Below are positions 9,676 through 17,661 of a DNA stretch of 64,000 nucleotides, in pieces. The position numbers were made by a program, and so were the translations under genes. The stretch's first letter is position 1; every line of letters begins with the position of its first letter. Location of the stretch: positions 3,840,001-3,904,000 of the forward strand of contig OY759353.1 of NCBI GenBank assembly GCA_963662315.1, read 5' to 3'. This DNA comes from Geopsychrobacteraceae bacterium (lineage in GTDB: Bacteria; Desulfobacterota; Desulfuromonadia; Desulfuromonadales; Geopsychrobacteraceae). The notes beneath the pieces are model-generated. The model saw only the letters and a program-made list of their open reading frames with translations, ran no database searches and was not told the origin of the DNA.

Positions 9676-11109
9676 ATGTTTCGTCGTACAAAAATTGTTT
9701 CCACTCTTGGGCCTGCCAGTGAAGGAGAAGCTCAGCTTAATGCCTTGGTTGAGGCCGGAGTTAATGTTTTTCGTCTTAATTTTTCCCATGGTGACCATAA
9801 GAACAAACTGGAACTGATCGAACGGATTCGCAGAATTGCTGCAGAAAAGGGGAGTAATGTCGCTATTCTGGGAGATTTGCAGGGCCCCAAAATCCGTACC
9901 GGTCTGATGAAAGGCGGTTTCATGGAATTGGTCAGCGGTACCGAAGTGGTCGTAACAACCAGTACCGTTGAAGGTGAAGGCACGACTATTCCGACCATTT
10001 ATGAAAATCTGCCCAAAGATGTCAAACCGGGAGACCGAATTCTTCTTGATGACGGTCTTATGGATATGGAAGTTATCAGCGTCGAGGGGCAGGATGTTCA
10101 TTGTAAGGTTATTACCGGGGGCAAGCTTAAAGACCGTAAAGGGATCAATTTACCCGGAACCAAGGTTTCAGCTCCGGCGTTGACCGAAAAAGATCTCGAA
10201 GATCTGGAGTTTTGTGTCGCCCATAAAGTCGATTTCCTGGCGTTGTCATTCGTGCGTAAAGCCTCCGATGTGCAGCATATGAAGGACATTCTGGCCACTA
10301 AAGACCATGCTCCTCTGATCGTATCCAAAATTGAAAAACCTGAAGCGGTGGAAAATTTCGATTCCATCCTCGAAGTAACAGATGCTGTCATGGTTGCCCG
10401 TGGTGACCTTGGTGTCGAAATGAGTCCGGAAAAGGTGCCGTTGATTCAGAAGATGATTATTCAGAAGTGCAATGCAGCGGGCAAGCCGGTGATTACCGCA
10501 ACCCAGATGCTGGAAAGTATGATCACGAATCCGCGCCCGACCCGTGCGGAAGTTTCTGATGTTGCCAACGCGATCCTGGATGGCACCGATGCGATCATGC
10601 TGTCGGGAGAAACTGCCGCCGGCAAATACCCGGTTGAGGCGGTCAGTGTCATGGACCATGTTGCGCGCGATGTTGAGCAGAGTGTTCAGTACCTGAATCG
10701 TATGGTCAGTCCCAAGCTGATTTATCACGGGAAACAGTGCATGACTGAGTCGATTGGCCATGGCGCCTGCCAGATTGCTGAAAATGTTGGTGCCGCAGCG
10801 ATTCTTGCCTTTACCCAGACCGGCAGTACTGCGGCCCTGGTATCCAAATATCGTCCCAATCTGCCGATTTATGCCATGACTCCCAATGAAGAGGTCAAGC
10901 GGCGCATGTCGCTGTATTCCGGAGTCCGGGCGGTGCGGGTGACCAACTATGACTCCACCGAACTGCAGGTCATGGCTGTCGAACAGGCAGCGTTAAAAGC
11001 CGGGGTTGTGAAAACCGGAGACGTCACCGTTATTACCATGGGGAGCCCGGTACGCCAGTCGGGCACCACCAACCTGCTCAAGGTTCACTTGATCGGTGAA
11101 GTTATCTAA
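9676..11109 (+). CDS. pyk: Pyruvate kinase
   Basis: Motifs RRTKIVSTLGP, RLNFSHG, DLQGPKIR, MVARGDLGVE and TATQMLESM. Confidence 0.97.
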   Translation: MFRRTKIVSTLGPASEGEAQLNALVEAGVNVFRLNFSHGDHKNKLELIERIRRIAAEKGSNVAILGDLQGPKIRTGLMKGGFMELVSGTEVVVTTSTVEGEGTTIPTIYENLPKDVKPGDRILLDDGLMDMEVISVEGQDVHCKVITGGKLKDRKGINLPGTKVSAPALTEKDLEDLEFCVAHKVDFLALSFVRKASDVQHMKDILATKDHAPLIVSKIEKPEAVENFDSILEVTDAVMVARGDLGVEMSPEKVPLIQKMIIQKCNAAGKPVITATQMLESMITNPRPTRAEVSDVANAILDGTDAIMLSGETAAGKYPVEAVSVMDHVARDVEQSVQYLNRMVSPKLIYHGKQCMTESIGHGACQIAENVGAAAILAFTQTGSTAALVSKYRPNLPIYAMTPNEEVKRRMSLYSGVRAVRVTNYDSTELQVMAVEQAALKAGVVKTGDVTVITMGSPVRQSGTTNLLKVHLIGEVI

Positions 11110-11110
11110 G

Positions 11111-11146
11111 AAAAAGACCTCCCTGGCAAACTGGGGAGGTCTTTTT
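11111..11146 (+). terminator. Intrinsic terminator after pyk
   Basis: Inverted repeat AAAAAGACCTCCC..GGGAGGTCTTTTT. Confidence 0.85.
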
Positions 11147-11187
11147 GTATTGATAGGGATACCAGATATACTGCAGGAGAAAATGTT

Positions 11188-11268
11188 TTGAATTCGATCA
11201 AAACTGTAGCCCTAGCGGATGGCACCAAAGTGCCCGCCCTTGGTCAGGAAACCTGGTATGTGGGGGGA
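11188..11268 (+). pseudogene. N-terminal remnant of an aldo/keto reductase
   Basis: KTVALADGTKVPALGQETWYVG resembles an AKR N-terminus (vPalGqGTW); CAGGAG RBS upstream; similarity is lost after about 27 codons. Confidence 0.55.
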
Positions 11269-11786
11269 TGGCCGGCAGCAATTTATCCAGGTTCCTCTGG
11301 ATATTGTCTGGGTGTTGAAATATCTGTGCCTTCGTTTGCTGAGGGCATTGATATTACTGATATGCCCTATTTCATCCTGAAGCAGGCCGGTCATTTCCAA
11401 ACAAAAACTGCGCCCCTGATTTTCTGAGTTTGTCTTCCGTGACAACGAATCTAGCGCAGCACTCACTGACAATATGCTTGTTCAGCACAACACGCATAAC
11501 TATAATGGCACAGAACTTTCCGTGTTTGGTCCTTCAACCTTAAAACGGGATTCTGACAAAAGAGAGGGGTTTTTCCATTTATACCTCCAAATATCGGCAT
11601 AGCTGGAAAAATATCGATTTCAAAGAAACTGGAAATTATTTTCCATGTTTGAGTAAGAATATATTACTAGGTGGAAAATTCTCCAGTCTATAGACGCCTA
11701 TATATGGACTATTTTCCATCTATCAATACTGTTGGTAGTACCAATTAAAATAACGAAATTTTCATTTCTATTAAGGACAATTACTA

Positions 11787-12776
11787 GTGGGTAGTGAAGC
11801 AAAAATATCTGTCTTCTTCTCATGGCAATCTGATTCTTCTAACAAAACAAACCTTAGCTTGATTGAAGATTGTCTAAAGAAGGCAGTAAAAGAAATTTCT
11901 AAAGAAGAATCAATAATTGTCATCGTTGACAGAGACACAAAGGGGGTCGGTGGAACACCTAGTATAGTTGATGCGATTTTGAAAAAAATAAGAAGTTGCG
12001 ATGTATTTGTATGGGACGCAACGATAATTAACGATATGCCAAGACACACACCAAACCCTAATGTTCTTCTTGAACTTGGATATGCACTTGCAATTGTTGG
12101 GGAAGGGAGAATCATTGGGGTCATGAATGAAGCAAAAGGAAATGGCCCGGAAAAGCTACCATTCGATCTAGTGCATAGGCGTTGGCCAATTCGGTACCAA
12201 CTAGATGATTCTGACCCCAAGTTTGAAGAAAATAAAAAAAACACGAAAAATTTTCTTACAAGTACATTTGCAAGGGCACTCAGAGAAGCCATCAAAGAAC
12301 CCAAAATAGGAGCAGTCCATAGTGACATAGATTTTCTTACTGCGAAGGTTCTTTGGGGGTGCATTAATTCTACATGGGTGCAGAACTGGCTCATGTTTAG
12401 AAAAAACAACATTCAATACGATAAACGTGAATATCGTGACAAACTTGAAGATTATTGCGACATCGCCTCAAAGCCGGAAAATAGCTTTTCTGAAAATACC
12501 CTTGGGGAGTTGCACGGAAATTTGATCAATGCCATTCAGGGGTATCTATGGGCCGCTGCAGTTGAAATGGTTCCCTGTTTTGGCAATGAAGATGCCTACG
12601 TTATCAACGCCAAAGATCAAGCTCGGCAACATGGATGGATTGAGAATTATGACGAAATGTACGATCGACAAGTAGGAGAGCTGAGAAAAGGAATTAATGC
12701 AGTAGAAAATGCGTGGGATCTTTATGTGCAGAGTCTCCGGGTTAAATACCCAGAAATTACCCACGACTTAATGTGA
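11787..12776 (+). CDS. TIR/nucleoside-deoxyribosyltransferase-like domain protein, possible defence gene
   Basis: Motifs VFFSWQSD, DRDT.G..G.P.I, CDVFVWD, PNPNVLLELGYA and LPFDL; AT-rich relative to the flanks. Confidence 0.6.
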   Translation: MGSEAKISVFFSWQSDSSNKTNLSLIEDCLKKAVKEISKEESIIVIVDRDTKGVGGTPSIVDAILKKIRSCDVFVWDATIINDMPRHTPNPNVLLELGYALAIVGEGRIIGVMNEAKGNGPEKLPFDLVHRRWPIRYQLDDSDPKFEENKKNTKNFLTSTFARALREAIKEPKIGAVHSDIDFLTAKVLWGCINSTWVQNWLMFRKNNIQYDKREYRDKLEDYCDIASKPENSFSENTLGELHGNLINAIQGYLWAAAVEMVPCFGNEDAYVINAKDQARQHGWIENYDEMYDRQVGELRKGINAVENAWDLYVQSLRVKYPEITHDLM

Positions 12777-12809
12777 TGTTTCGAGGATTTAAAAAATTCA
12801 AAACTGCCA

Positions 12810-13012
12810 ATCGGGTAGCCGGGGGTTTTGCTCCCCCAGCCCCCACACCACCCGGCATGCGGGTCCGCACCGGGCGGTTCGATGAAACTACCGGGCCGTA
12901 GCCGGGTAATGTCGCTTCACCCACAGGTCTTTGACAGAAACTAAACCCTGATCCTTCAGCACTGGTTAGTCATGCCGGAATGGGCCGCCAGCCGGCGGGA
13001 CATGGCCCACGC
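12810..13012 (-). mobile_element. 3' fragment of a group IIC intron (maturase C-terminus, domains V and VI)
   Basis: Minus strand GAACCGCCCGGTGCGGACCCGCATGCCGGGTGGTGTG (DV, CGC triad) then DVI ending GGCTACCCGAT; upstream peptide WAMSRRLAAHSGMTNQ/LKDQGLVSVKDLWVKRHYPATAR* has a 1-nt frameshift. Confidence 0.85.
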
Positions 13013-13030
13013 GGAGTTCCGGGGACAGGC

Positions 13031-13774
13031 GGAGTTCCGGGGACAGTATATAGATCTTTGACAAAGTCTTGTTTCCTGATAGTCTTTTTCTTATGGCAAG
13101 AATAGCACGAGTTATTGCACCGGGCTTGCCCCATCATGTAACGCAACGGGGCAACCGGCGGCAGACGACATTTTTTTGCGATGAGGATTTTCAGATTTAT
13201 ATCGATCTGATGGCTCATTGGTGTGCCAAGTATCATGTGGATATCTGGGCTTGGTGCCTCATGCCAAACCATGTTCATTTAATTGCGGTGCCAACAGATG
13301 AAGCCGGCCTGGCGCGTGCGATTGGTGAAGCGCATAGACGCTATACCCGACATATCAATTTCCGCCATGATTGGCGGGGTCATCTGTGGCAAGAACGTTT
13401 TGCTTCTTTCCCTATGGACGAAGCCTATCTGCTTGCCGCTGCGCGTTATATAGAAATGAACCCTGTCGCTGCAAACCTGGTCTCTGACCTTGGGCAGTAC
13501 CCCTGGAGTAGTGCGAAAGCGCACCTCAACGACCTGGATGATGGTCTGGTGAACCGCGCTCCACTATTGGATCTGGTTTCAGACTGGCAAAGTTTCCTGA
13601 AGTTAAGTAACGAAGAAGAACTGGAGATTTTGCATAAACATGAGAAAACAGGGCGACCACTTGGGAATTTGTCATTTGTTGAAAGTATCGAAGTTCTATT
13701 AGCACGGACATTGCGGCCTCTGCCACCAGGCCCTAAAAAGAATGATTAGTTCTATATACTGTCCCCGGAACTCC
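13031..13774 (+). mobile_element. RAYT-like element copy 1, bounded by 24-bp terminal inverted repeats
   Basis: GGAGTTCCGGGGACAGTATATAGA at 13031-13054 and its reverse complement at 13751-13774; extra 16-bp end copy at 13013-13028. Confidence 0.85.
13093..13749 (+). CDS. Y1 HUH transposase (RAYT/TnpA-Y1 family), copy 1
   Basis: MARIARV..PGLPHHVTQRGNRRQ, HUH motif MPNHVHL, GHLWQERF, catalytic Tyr in RYIEMNPV, YPWSS. Confidence 0.92.
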   Translation: MARIARVIAPGLPHHVTQRGNRRQTTFFCDEDFQIYIDLMAHWCAKYHVDIWAWCLMPNHVHLIAVPTDEAGLARAIGEAHRRYTRHINFRHDWRGHLWQERFASFPMDEAYLLAAARYIEMNPVAANLVSDLGQYPWSSAKAHLNDLDDGLVNRAPLLDLVSDWQSFLKLSNEEELEILHKHEKTGRPLGNLSFVESIEVLLARTLRPLPPGPKKND

Positions 13775-13777
13775 CCC

Positions 13778-13949
13778 CATGAGAAAACAGGGCGACCACT
13801 TGGGAATTTGTCATTTATTGAAAGTATCGAAGTTCTATTAGCACGGACATTGCGGCCTCTGCCACCAGGCCCTAAAAAGAATGATTAGTTCTATATACTG
13901 TCCCCGGAACTCCAGCTATATACTGTCCCCGGAACTCCCCCGGAACTCC
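13778..13949 (+). repeat. Tandem re-copy of the RAYT 3' end plus stuttered right-end repeats
   Basis: 13778-13913 copies 13639-13774 (one mismatch seen); shorter end copies follow at 13916-13938 and 13938-13949. Confidence 0.9.
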
Positions 13950-14058
13950 AGCCAATTTGATAGGCAGCCCCCTTCTCTGGGGTATATCGGTTCGCCCAAA
14001 CACCAAGTCCTCCGTCACTCTGGCCATGCGTAAATGATGGTTTAAGTTTGTTTGGAAC
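13950..14058 (-). pseudogene. Truncated orphan toxin tip beginning at VPN (Tox-REase-5-like start)
   Basis: Manual translation VPNKLKPSFTHGQSDGGLGVWANRYTPEKGAAYQIG, cut by a RAYT end; the DGG.G.W...A.YQ pattern recalls the start of restriction-endonuclease-fold toxins. Confidence 0.5.
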
Positions 14059-14087
14059 ATTTCTTTAGCTTAGAAATGTTCCAAACA
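14049..14087. repeat. Perfect 16-bp inverted repeat containing the cassette site
   Basis: TGTTTGGAACATTTCT-ttagctt-AGAAATGTTCCAAACA. Confidence 0.9.
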
Positions 14088-14090
14088 CAA

Positions 14091-14426
14091 TCAAACCTCT
14101 ACGAACTTATTCCCGCTATCAAAATGTTTAACCAATTCCTGTATTAGAAATTCGTAAACCGAATTTGATGCACTATCCGATGGCAAAAAATAGATTTTAG
14201 ATAAGTAATACCTTTTTCCTAAAGCATCATTAACCAGCTTCAAACCTGAAAGAACTTGGTCCAAAACCTGTGCAGAAGAAGTCCTCGCCTTCAAATCATT
14301 TTTAACATCCCATTCTACGACTTCTACAGCGGTTTCTTGTTCAGAAAAACTAACACCTAGAATGTTATCCTGAGAACCCGTCATCCGAGCAACTTTATAA
14401 ACGTTTCCATCTTTTACAAATTGCAT
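14091..14426 (-). CDS. Putative immunity protein 1
   Basis: 111 aa, translationally coupled (TAATG) to the upstream toxin; AT-rich. Confidence 0.7.
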   Translation of the reverse strand: MQFVKDGNVYKVARMTGSQDNILGVSFSEQETAVEVVEWDVKNDLKARTSSAQVLDQVLSGLKLVNDALGKRYYLSKIYFLPSDSASNSVYEFLIQELVKHFDSGNKFVEV

Positions 14427-15475
14427 TATTCAACCCCCCAAGGAAAACCTCTCCAACGCCAATCAACTCTGTCATGAGCTTTGCTATAACCAGAATCATA
14501 TTTCAACTCATACCACCTTTCGGCAATTTCATGTTTCATCCATGTGATATCGGCGTCAGTATGTGTTCCGCTTTCTAAGCGCTTCCAAGCCTGAGCCTGC
14601 TCTATCGTACTATCAAATCTTCCTACCGTTGCCGGGATACCCTGATCCACATAACGATCCAGTAAATGCTCGTTATAGAAAACGTGATCTTTTACTTTTT
14701 GAATATTTCCAGGTTTGAAGCCTGTACTTGATGCAATTGCAGAAACATCTGAATCACTTGCCCTTATTGCATCATATAGATCATCTGCTGATGCCGTATA
14801 TCCTCCACCACCAGTTTGTTTTAGTGGTGAAGTGTTGTTTGCAATATAGCGACGTATCAGCGCTTGTTGTTCGCCACGCTCCAAACTGGAAATATCTGCT
14901 GGAATCATAATTGAATCAGCCTGATAACGCGAATACCAATTTGCAGCTGCCGCTTTTACTTGTTTATTCGTTTCCTCACCGGATTTCTTATCCGGCTTGG
15001 CCTGTTTTATTTCCTGTTTCTCAGTAGCTTTCAGACCCTGATTGTCCACAGTTTTGACAACATTCCTTGATAAAGATCTCTGCTGGCTGTGGGTTTGCGG
15101 GGCCATGATTTTACTATAAGCAGATGAGACTATTCCCTGCAGGTTTTCATATTGGTTTATTCCTGACAGGCTGGCGACCCAGCGGCCTTTTTGGGGATTG
15201 TTCGGGTAGTCAGGGTCCTGCTGCCAGTAGACGACCCCCAAGAAGGGGAGCTTCATAGAGTAGACGAGGCAGACTTCCATCTTGTCAATTTTTTTTAGCA
15301 GCTCATCAAGCCCCTGTTGATAATTGCGCCACTGGGCAGGAACGAATTCGTTTAGATTATGAATGCTGGTAAAACCGTCACAATAGGCGTCACGGACATC
15401 GTTTTTAGCGAAAAACGGATTGGAAATATACGGCAGGTCAGCAACCGTAATATCTCTGGCAGCAACAAGTCTCAT
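14426..15475 (-). CDS. Polymorphic toxin 1: shared N-terminal domain plus HExxE..AH C-terminal domain
   Basis: First ~130 aa are near-identical to 17662..18798 and 23642..24781; unique tip YDAIR..DV..IA..TG..KDHVF...RFD...AWKRL..G...HEIAE...YSKAH. Confidence 0.75.
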   Translation of the reverse strand: MRLVAARDITVADLPYISNPFFAKNDVRDAYCDGFTSIHNLNEFVPAQWRNYQQGLDELLKKIDKMEVCLVYSMKLPFLGVVYWQQDPDYPNNPQKGRWVASLSGINQYENLQGIVSSAYSKIMAPQTHSQQRSLSRNVVKTVDNQGLKATEKQEIKQAKPDKKSGEETNKQVKAAAANWYSRYQADSIMIPADISSLERGEQQALIRRYIANNTSPLKQTGGGGYTASADDLYDAIRASDSDVSAIASSTGFKPGNIQKVKDHVFYNEHLLDRYVDQGIPATVGRFDSTIEQAQAWKRLESGTHTDADITWMKHEIAERWYELKYDSGYSKAHDRVDWRWRGFPWGVE

Positions 15476-15546
15476 CGGTATCCCCCCTCAAGGATAAAAT
15501 AAGTTGCTATAAGAAATAACTATCTGGAAAGTTTTAATGAGAGGAG

Positions 15547-15574
15547 AGGATAGCGTTTTTTTAGCTTGAGTCAA
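15547..15574 (-). promoter_or_regulatory. Probable sigma70 promoter of the toxin genes (also present upstream of toxins 2 and 3)
   Basis: Minus strand TTGACT-N16-TATCCT; RBS GAGGGGGG before the ATG. Confidence 0.5.
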
Positions 15575-15659
15575 GATGTTTAGCAGGAATTTTAAGGGCG
15601 GTCTTTTCAACTCGGGATCAATTTTCAGAAGTTATCTTAGATAAAATCACATCAAAACC

Positions 15660-15962
15660 GCCGGGTCCCGGCCCGGCAGCCGGATTCATTTTTTCCAGCG
15701 ATGAAAAAACGAATCAAAAAAATCTTTTAAGGTCAAACACACTGACGATAGTCGATTCGGTCTACACTTTATCGTTGCTACCAGCAGTGAACAGCCCGCC
15801 CAACGATGCTATTGCATCCATGGGCAGAACCGAATTAAAGTGAATACATAAAAATGCCAACGGCATTTTTGCGGTTCTGGCCATCAGGCGCGTATTGCGC
15901 TTACTATTTGTCGCCCGCTTGGGACAAATAGTAAGGCGTTGTGCGGGGCGCAACACCGCGAC
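15660..15962. repeat. Structured non-coding repeat, copy 1 (internally deleted)
   Basis: Matches 18983-19368 and 24966-25352 but lacks the segment between TATTGCGC and TTACTATTTG. Confidence 0.85.
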
Positions 15963-15987
15963 CGTGCTTGTTTCATTTCAATCATAG

Positions 15988-16731
15988 GGAGTTCCGGGGA
16001 CAGTATATAGATCTTTGACAAAGACTTGTTGCCTGATAGTCTTTTTCTTATGGCGAGAATAGCACGAGTTATTGCACCGGGCTTGCCCCATCATGTAACG
16101 CAACGAGGCAACCGGCGGCAGACGACATTTTTTTGCGATGAGGATTTTCAGATTTATATCGATCTGATGGCTCATTGGTGTGCCAAGTATCATGTGGATA
16201 TCTGGGCTTGGTGCCTCATGCCAAACCATGTTCATTTAATTGCGGTGCCAACAGATGAAGCCGGCCTGGCGCGTGCGATTGGTGAAGCGCATAGACGCTA
16301 TACCCGACATATCAATTTCCGCCATGATTGGCGGGGTCATCTGTGGCAAGAACGTTTTGCTTCTTTCCCTATGGACGAAGCCTATCTGCTTGCCGCTGCG
16401 CGTTATATAGAAATGAACCCTGTCGCTGCAAACCTGGTCTCTGACCCTGGGCAGTACCCCTGGAGTAGTGCGAAAGCGCACCTCAACGACCTGGATGATG
16501 GTCTGGTGAACCGCGCTCCACTATTGGATCTGGTTTCAGACTGGCAAAGTTTCCTAAAGTTAATTAACGAAGAAGAACTGGAGATTCTGCATAAACATGA
16601 GAAAACAGGGCGACCACTTGGGAATTTGTCATTTGTTGAAAGTATCGAAGTTCTATTAGCACGGACATTGCGGCCTCTGCCACCAAGCCCTAAAAAGAAT
16701 GATTAGTTCTATATACTGTCCCCGGAACTCC
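15988..16731 (+). mobile_element. RAYT-like element copy 2 with 24-bp terminal inverted repeats
   Basis: Inverted repeats at 15988-16011 and 16708-16731. Confidence 0.85.
16050..16706 (+). CDS. Y1 HUH transposase (RAYT-like), copy 2
   Basis: Near-identical to 13093..13749, with a few substitutions. Confidence 0.92.
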   Translation: MARIARVIAPGLPHHVTQRGNRRQTTFFCDEDFQIYIDLMAHWCAKYHVDIWAWCLMPNHVHLIAVPTDEAGLARAIGEAHRRYTRHINFRHDWRGHLWQERFASFPMDEAYLLAAARYIEMNPVAANLVSDPGQYPWSSAKAHLNDLDDGLVNRAPLLDLVSDWQSFLKLINEEELEILHKHEKTGRPLGNLSFVESIEVLLARTLRPLPPSPKKND

Positions 16732-17101
16732 CGGTCAGATAGAGCGGTCGTCGAAAGGCAACGATCTCCATCGCCGCTTTGCAGCGCGGGCAGCGGAACA
16801 CCGGTCGTGATCGCACGGGAATCGGTTCGAGCATGACGCGCAGAACGTACTGTACCAAACGCAGAGTTCTTTTGGCGTTACCGTGCAGAAAACCATAATC
16901 CCGCACCCGGCGAAACCCTTTTGGGAGAACATGCTGGAGGACCAGCCAGAGAAAGTCTTCCCCCTTCAGGGTGAGGGTCTGCTCTTGCTGGGTCTCGCTG
17001 TCGCGATAGCGGAAAGTCACCTTTCCTTTTTGGCAGGAGATGATGTTGTTCTCGGCAATCACACCGCGATAGAGGTAGCGCGACAGATATTTCAGGGCCG
17101 T
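16732..17101 (-). pseudogene. C-terminal fragment of an IS91-family (Y2) transposase
   Basis: ALKYLSRYLYRGVIAE..VTFRYRD..FLWLVLQHVLPKGFRRVRDYGFL..CPRC; RAYT end motifs on both sides. Confidence 0.8.
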
Positions 17102-17116
17102 GGAGTTCCGGGGACA
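17102..17116 (+). repeat. Solo RAYT end motif
   Basis: GGAGTTCCGGGGACA with no transposase attached. Confidence 0.9.
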
Positions 17117-17244
17117 TCCATTTCTTTATTAGTAATCCCTTTTTCCTGCTTGAGGGCCATCAAGGATTCAAACTCTGCGCTTGCCAATGACCTTAGCTGA
17201 TCTGCTTGCTGAGAGTTAACGAGTAGCCTACTGTTTGGAACAAC
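17117..17244 (-). pseudogene. Truncated orphan toxin tip (same tip as 23012-23223, shorter)
   Basis: VVPNSRLLVNSQQADQLRSLASAEFESLMALKQEKGITNKEM begins right after the immunity 2 stop codon and is cut by a RAYT end. Confidence 0.7.
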
Positions 17245-17652
17245 CTACAATTCGATAATCACCTCAGAGTTAAATGATTCAGGCATTTGAAGAAATCTTC
17301 TCCATGCAGTAACTACGGCCTTAAATTCAGCAAGTGAAAATCTTCCTTCTGGCTGCCCAACCCATTCATCATTTACATTTATATCAACTTGAATACCATT
17401 TTGGGAAATTAAGACATCCACGTCATTTCCTTCTATATCAGACTCACTTTCGTGCCCTTCCTCTATCATTTCAACTTCAGCCAATACTCGATCACAATCA
17501 TCAATAGACTGAGCAATGCAACTTAAAATATTGGCGAGATATCGCTGATATCTCGCCACATCCTGACCATCTATAAACTCCTGGCACTGATGATAAACTT
17601 GTCCCAACACAGGATGGTTTCCACCATCAGCATAATAAAGCTTTAACTTCAC
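17245..17652 (-). CDS. Putative immunity protein 2 (cognate to the EndoU toxin)
   Basis: Acidic 135-aa protein starting 9 bp downstream of the toxin stop codon. Confidence 0.72.
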   Translation of the reverse strand: MKLKLYYADGGNHPVLGQVYHQCQEFIDGQDVARYQRYLANILSCIAQSIDDCDRVLAEVEMIEEGHESESDIEGNDVDVLISQNGIQVDINVNDEWVGQPEGRFSLAEFKAVVTAWRRFLQMPESFNSEVIIEL

Positions 17653-17661
17653 ATTGCACCT

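Noticed and set aside
12790..12812. Intron 3' flank (TCAAAACTGCC) resembling the start of the structured repeat (TCAAAACCGCC) as the intron target
   Set aside because: The match is too short and the 5' exon is lost, so the target cannot be established.
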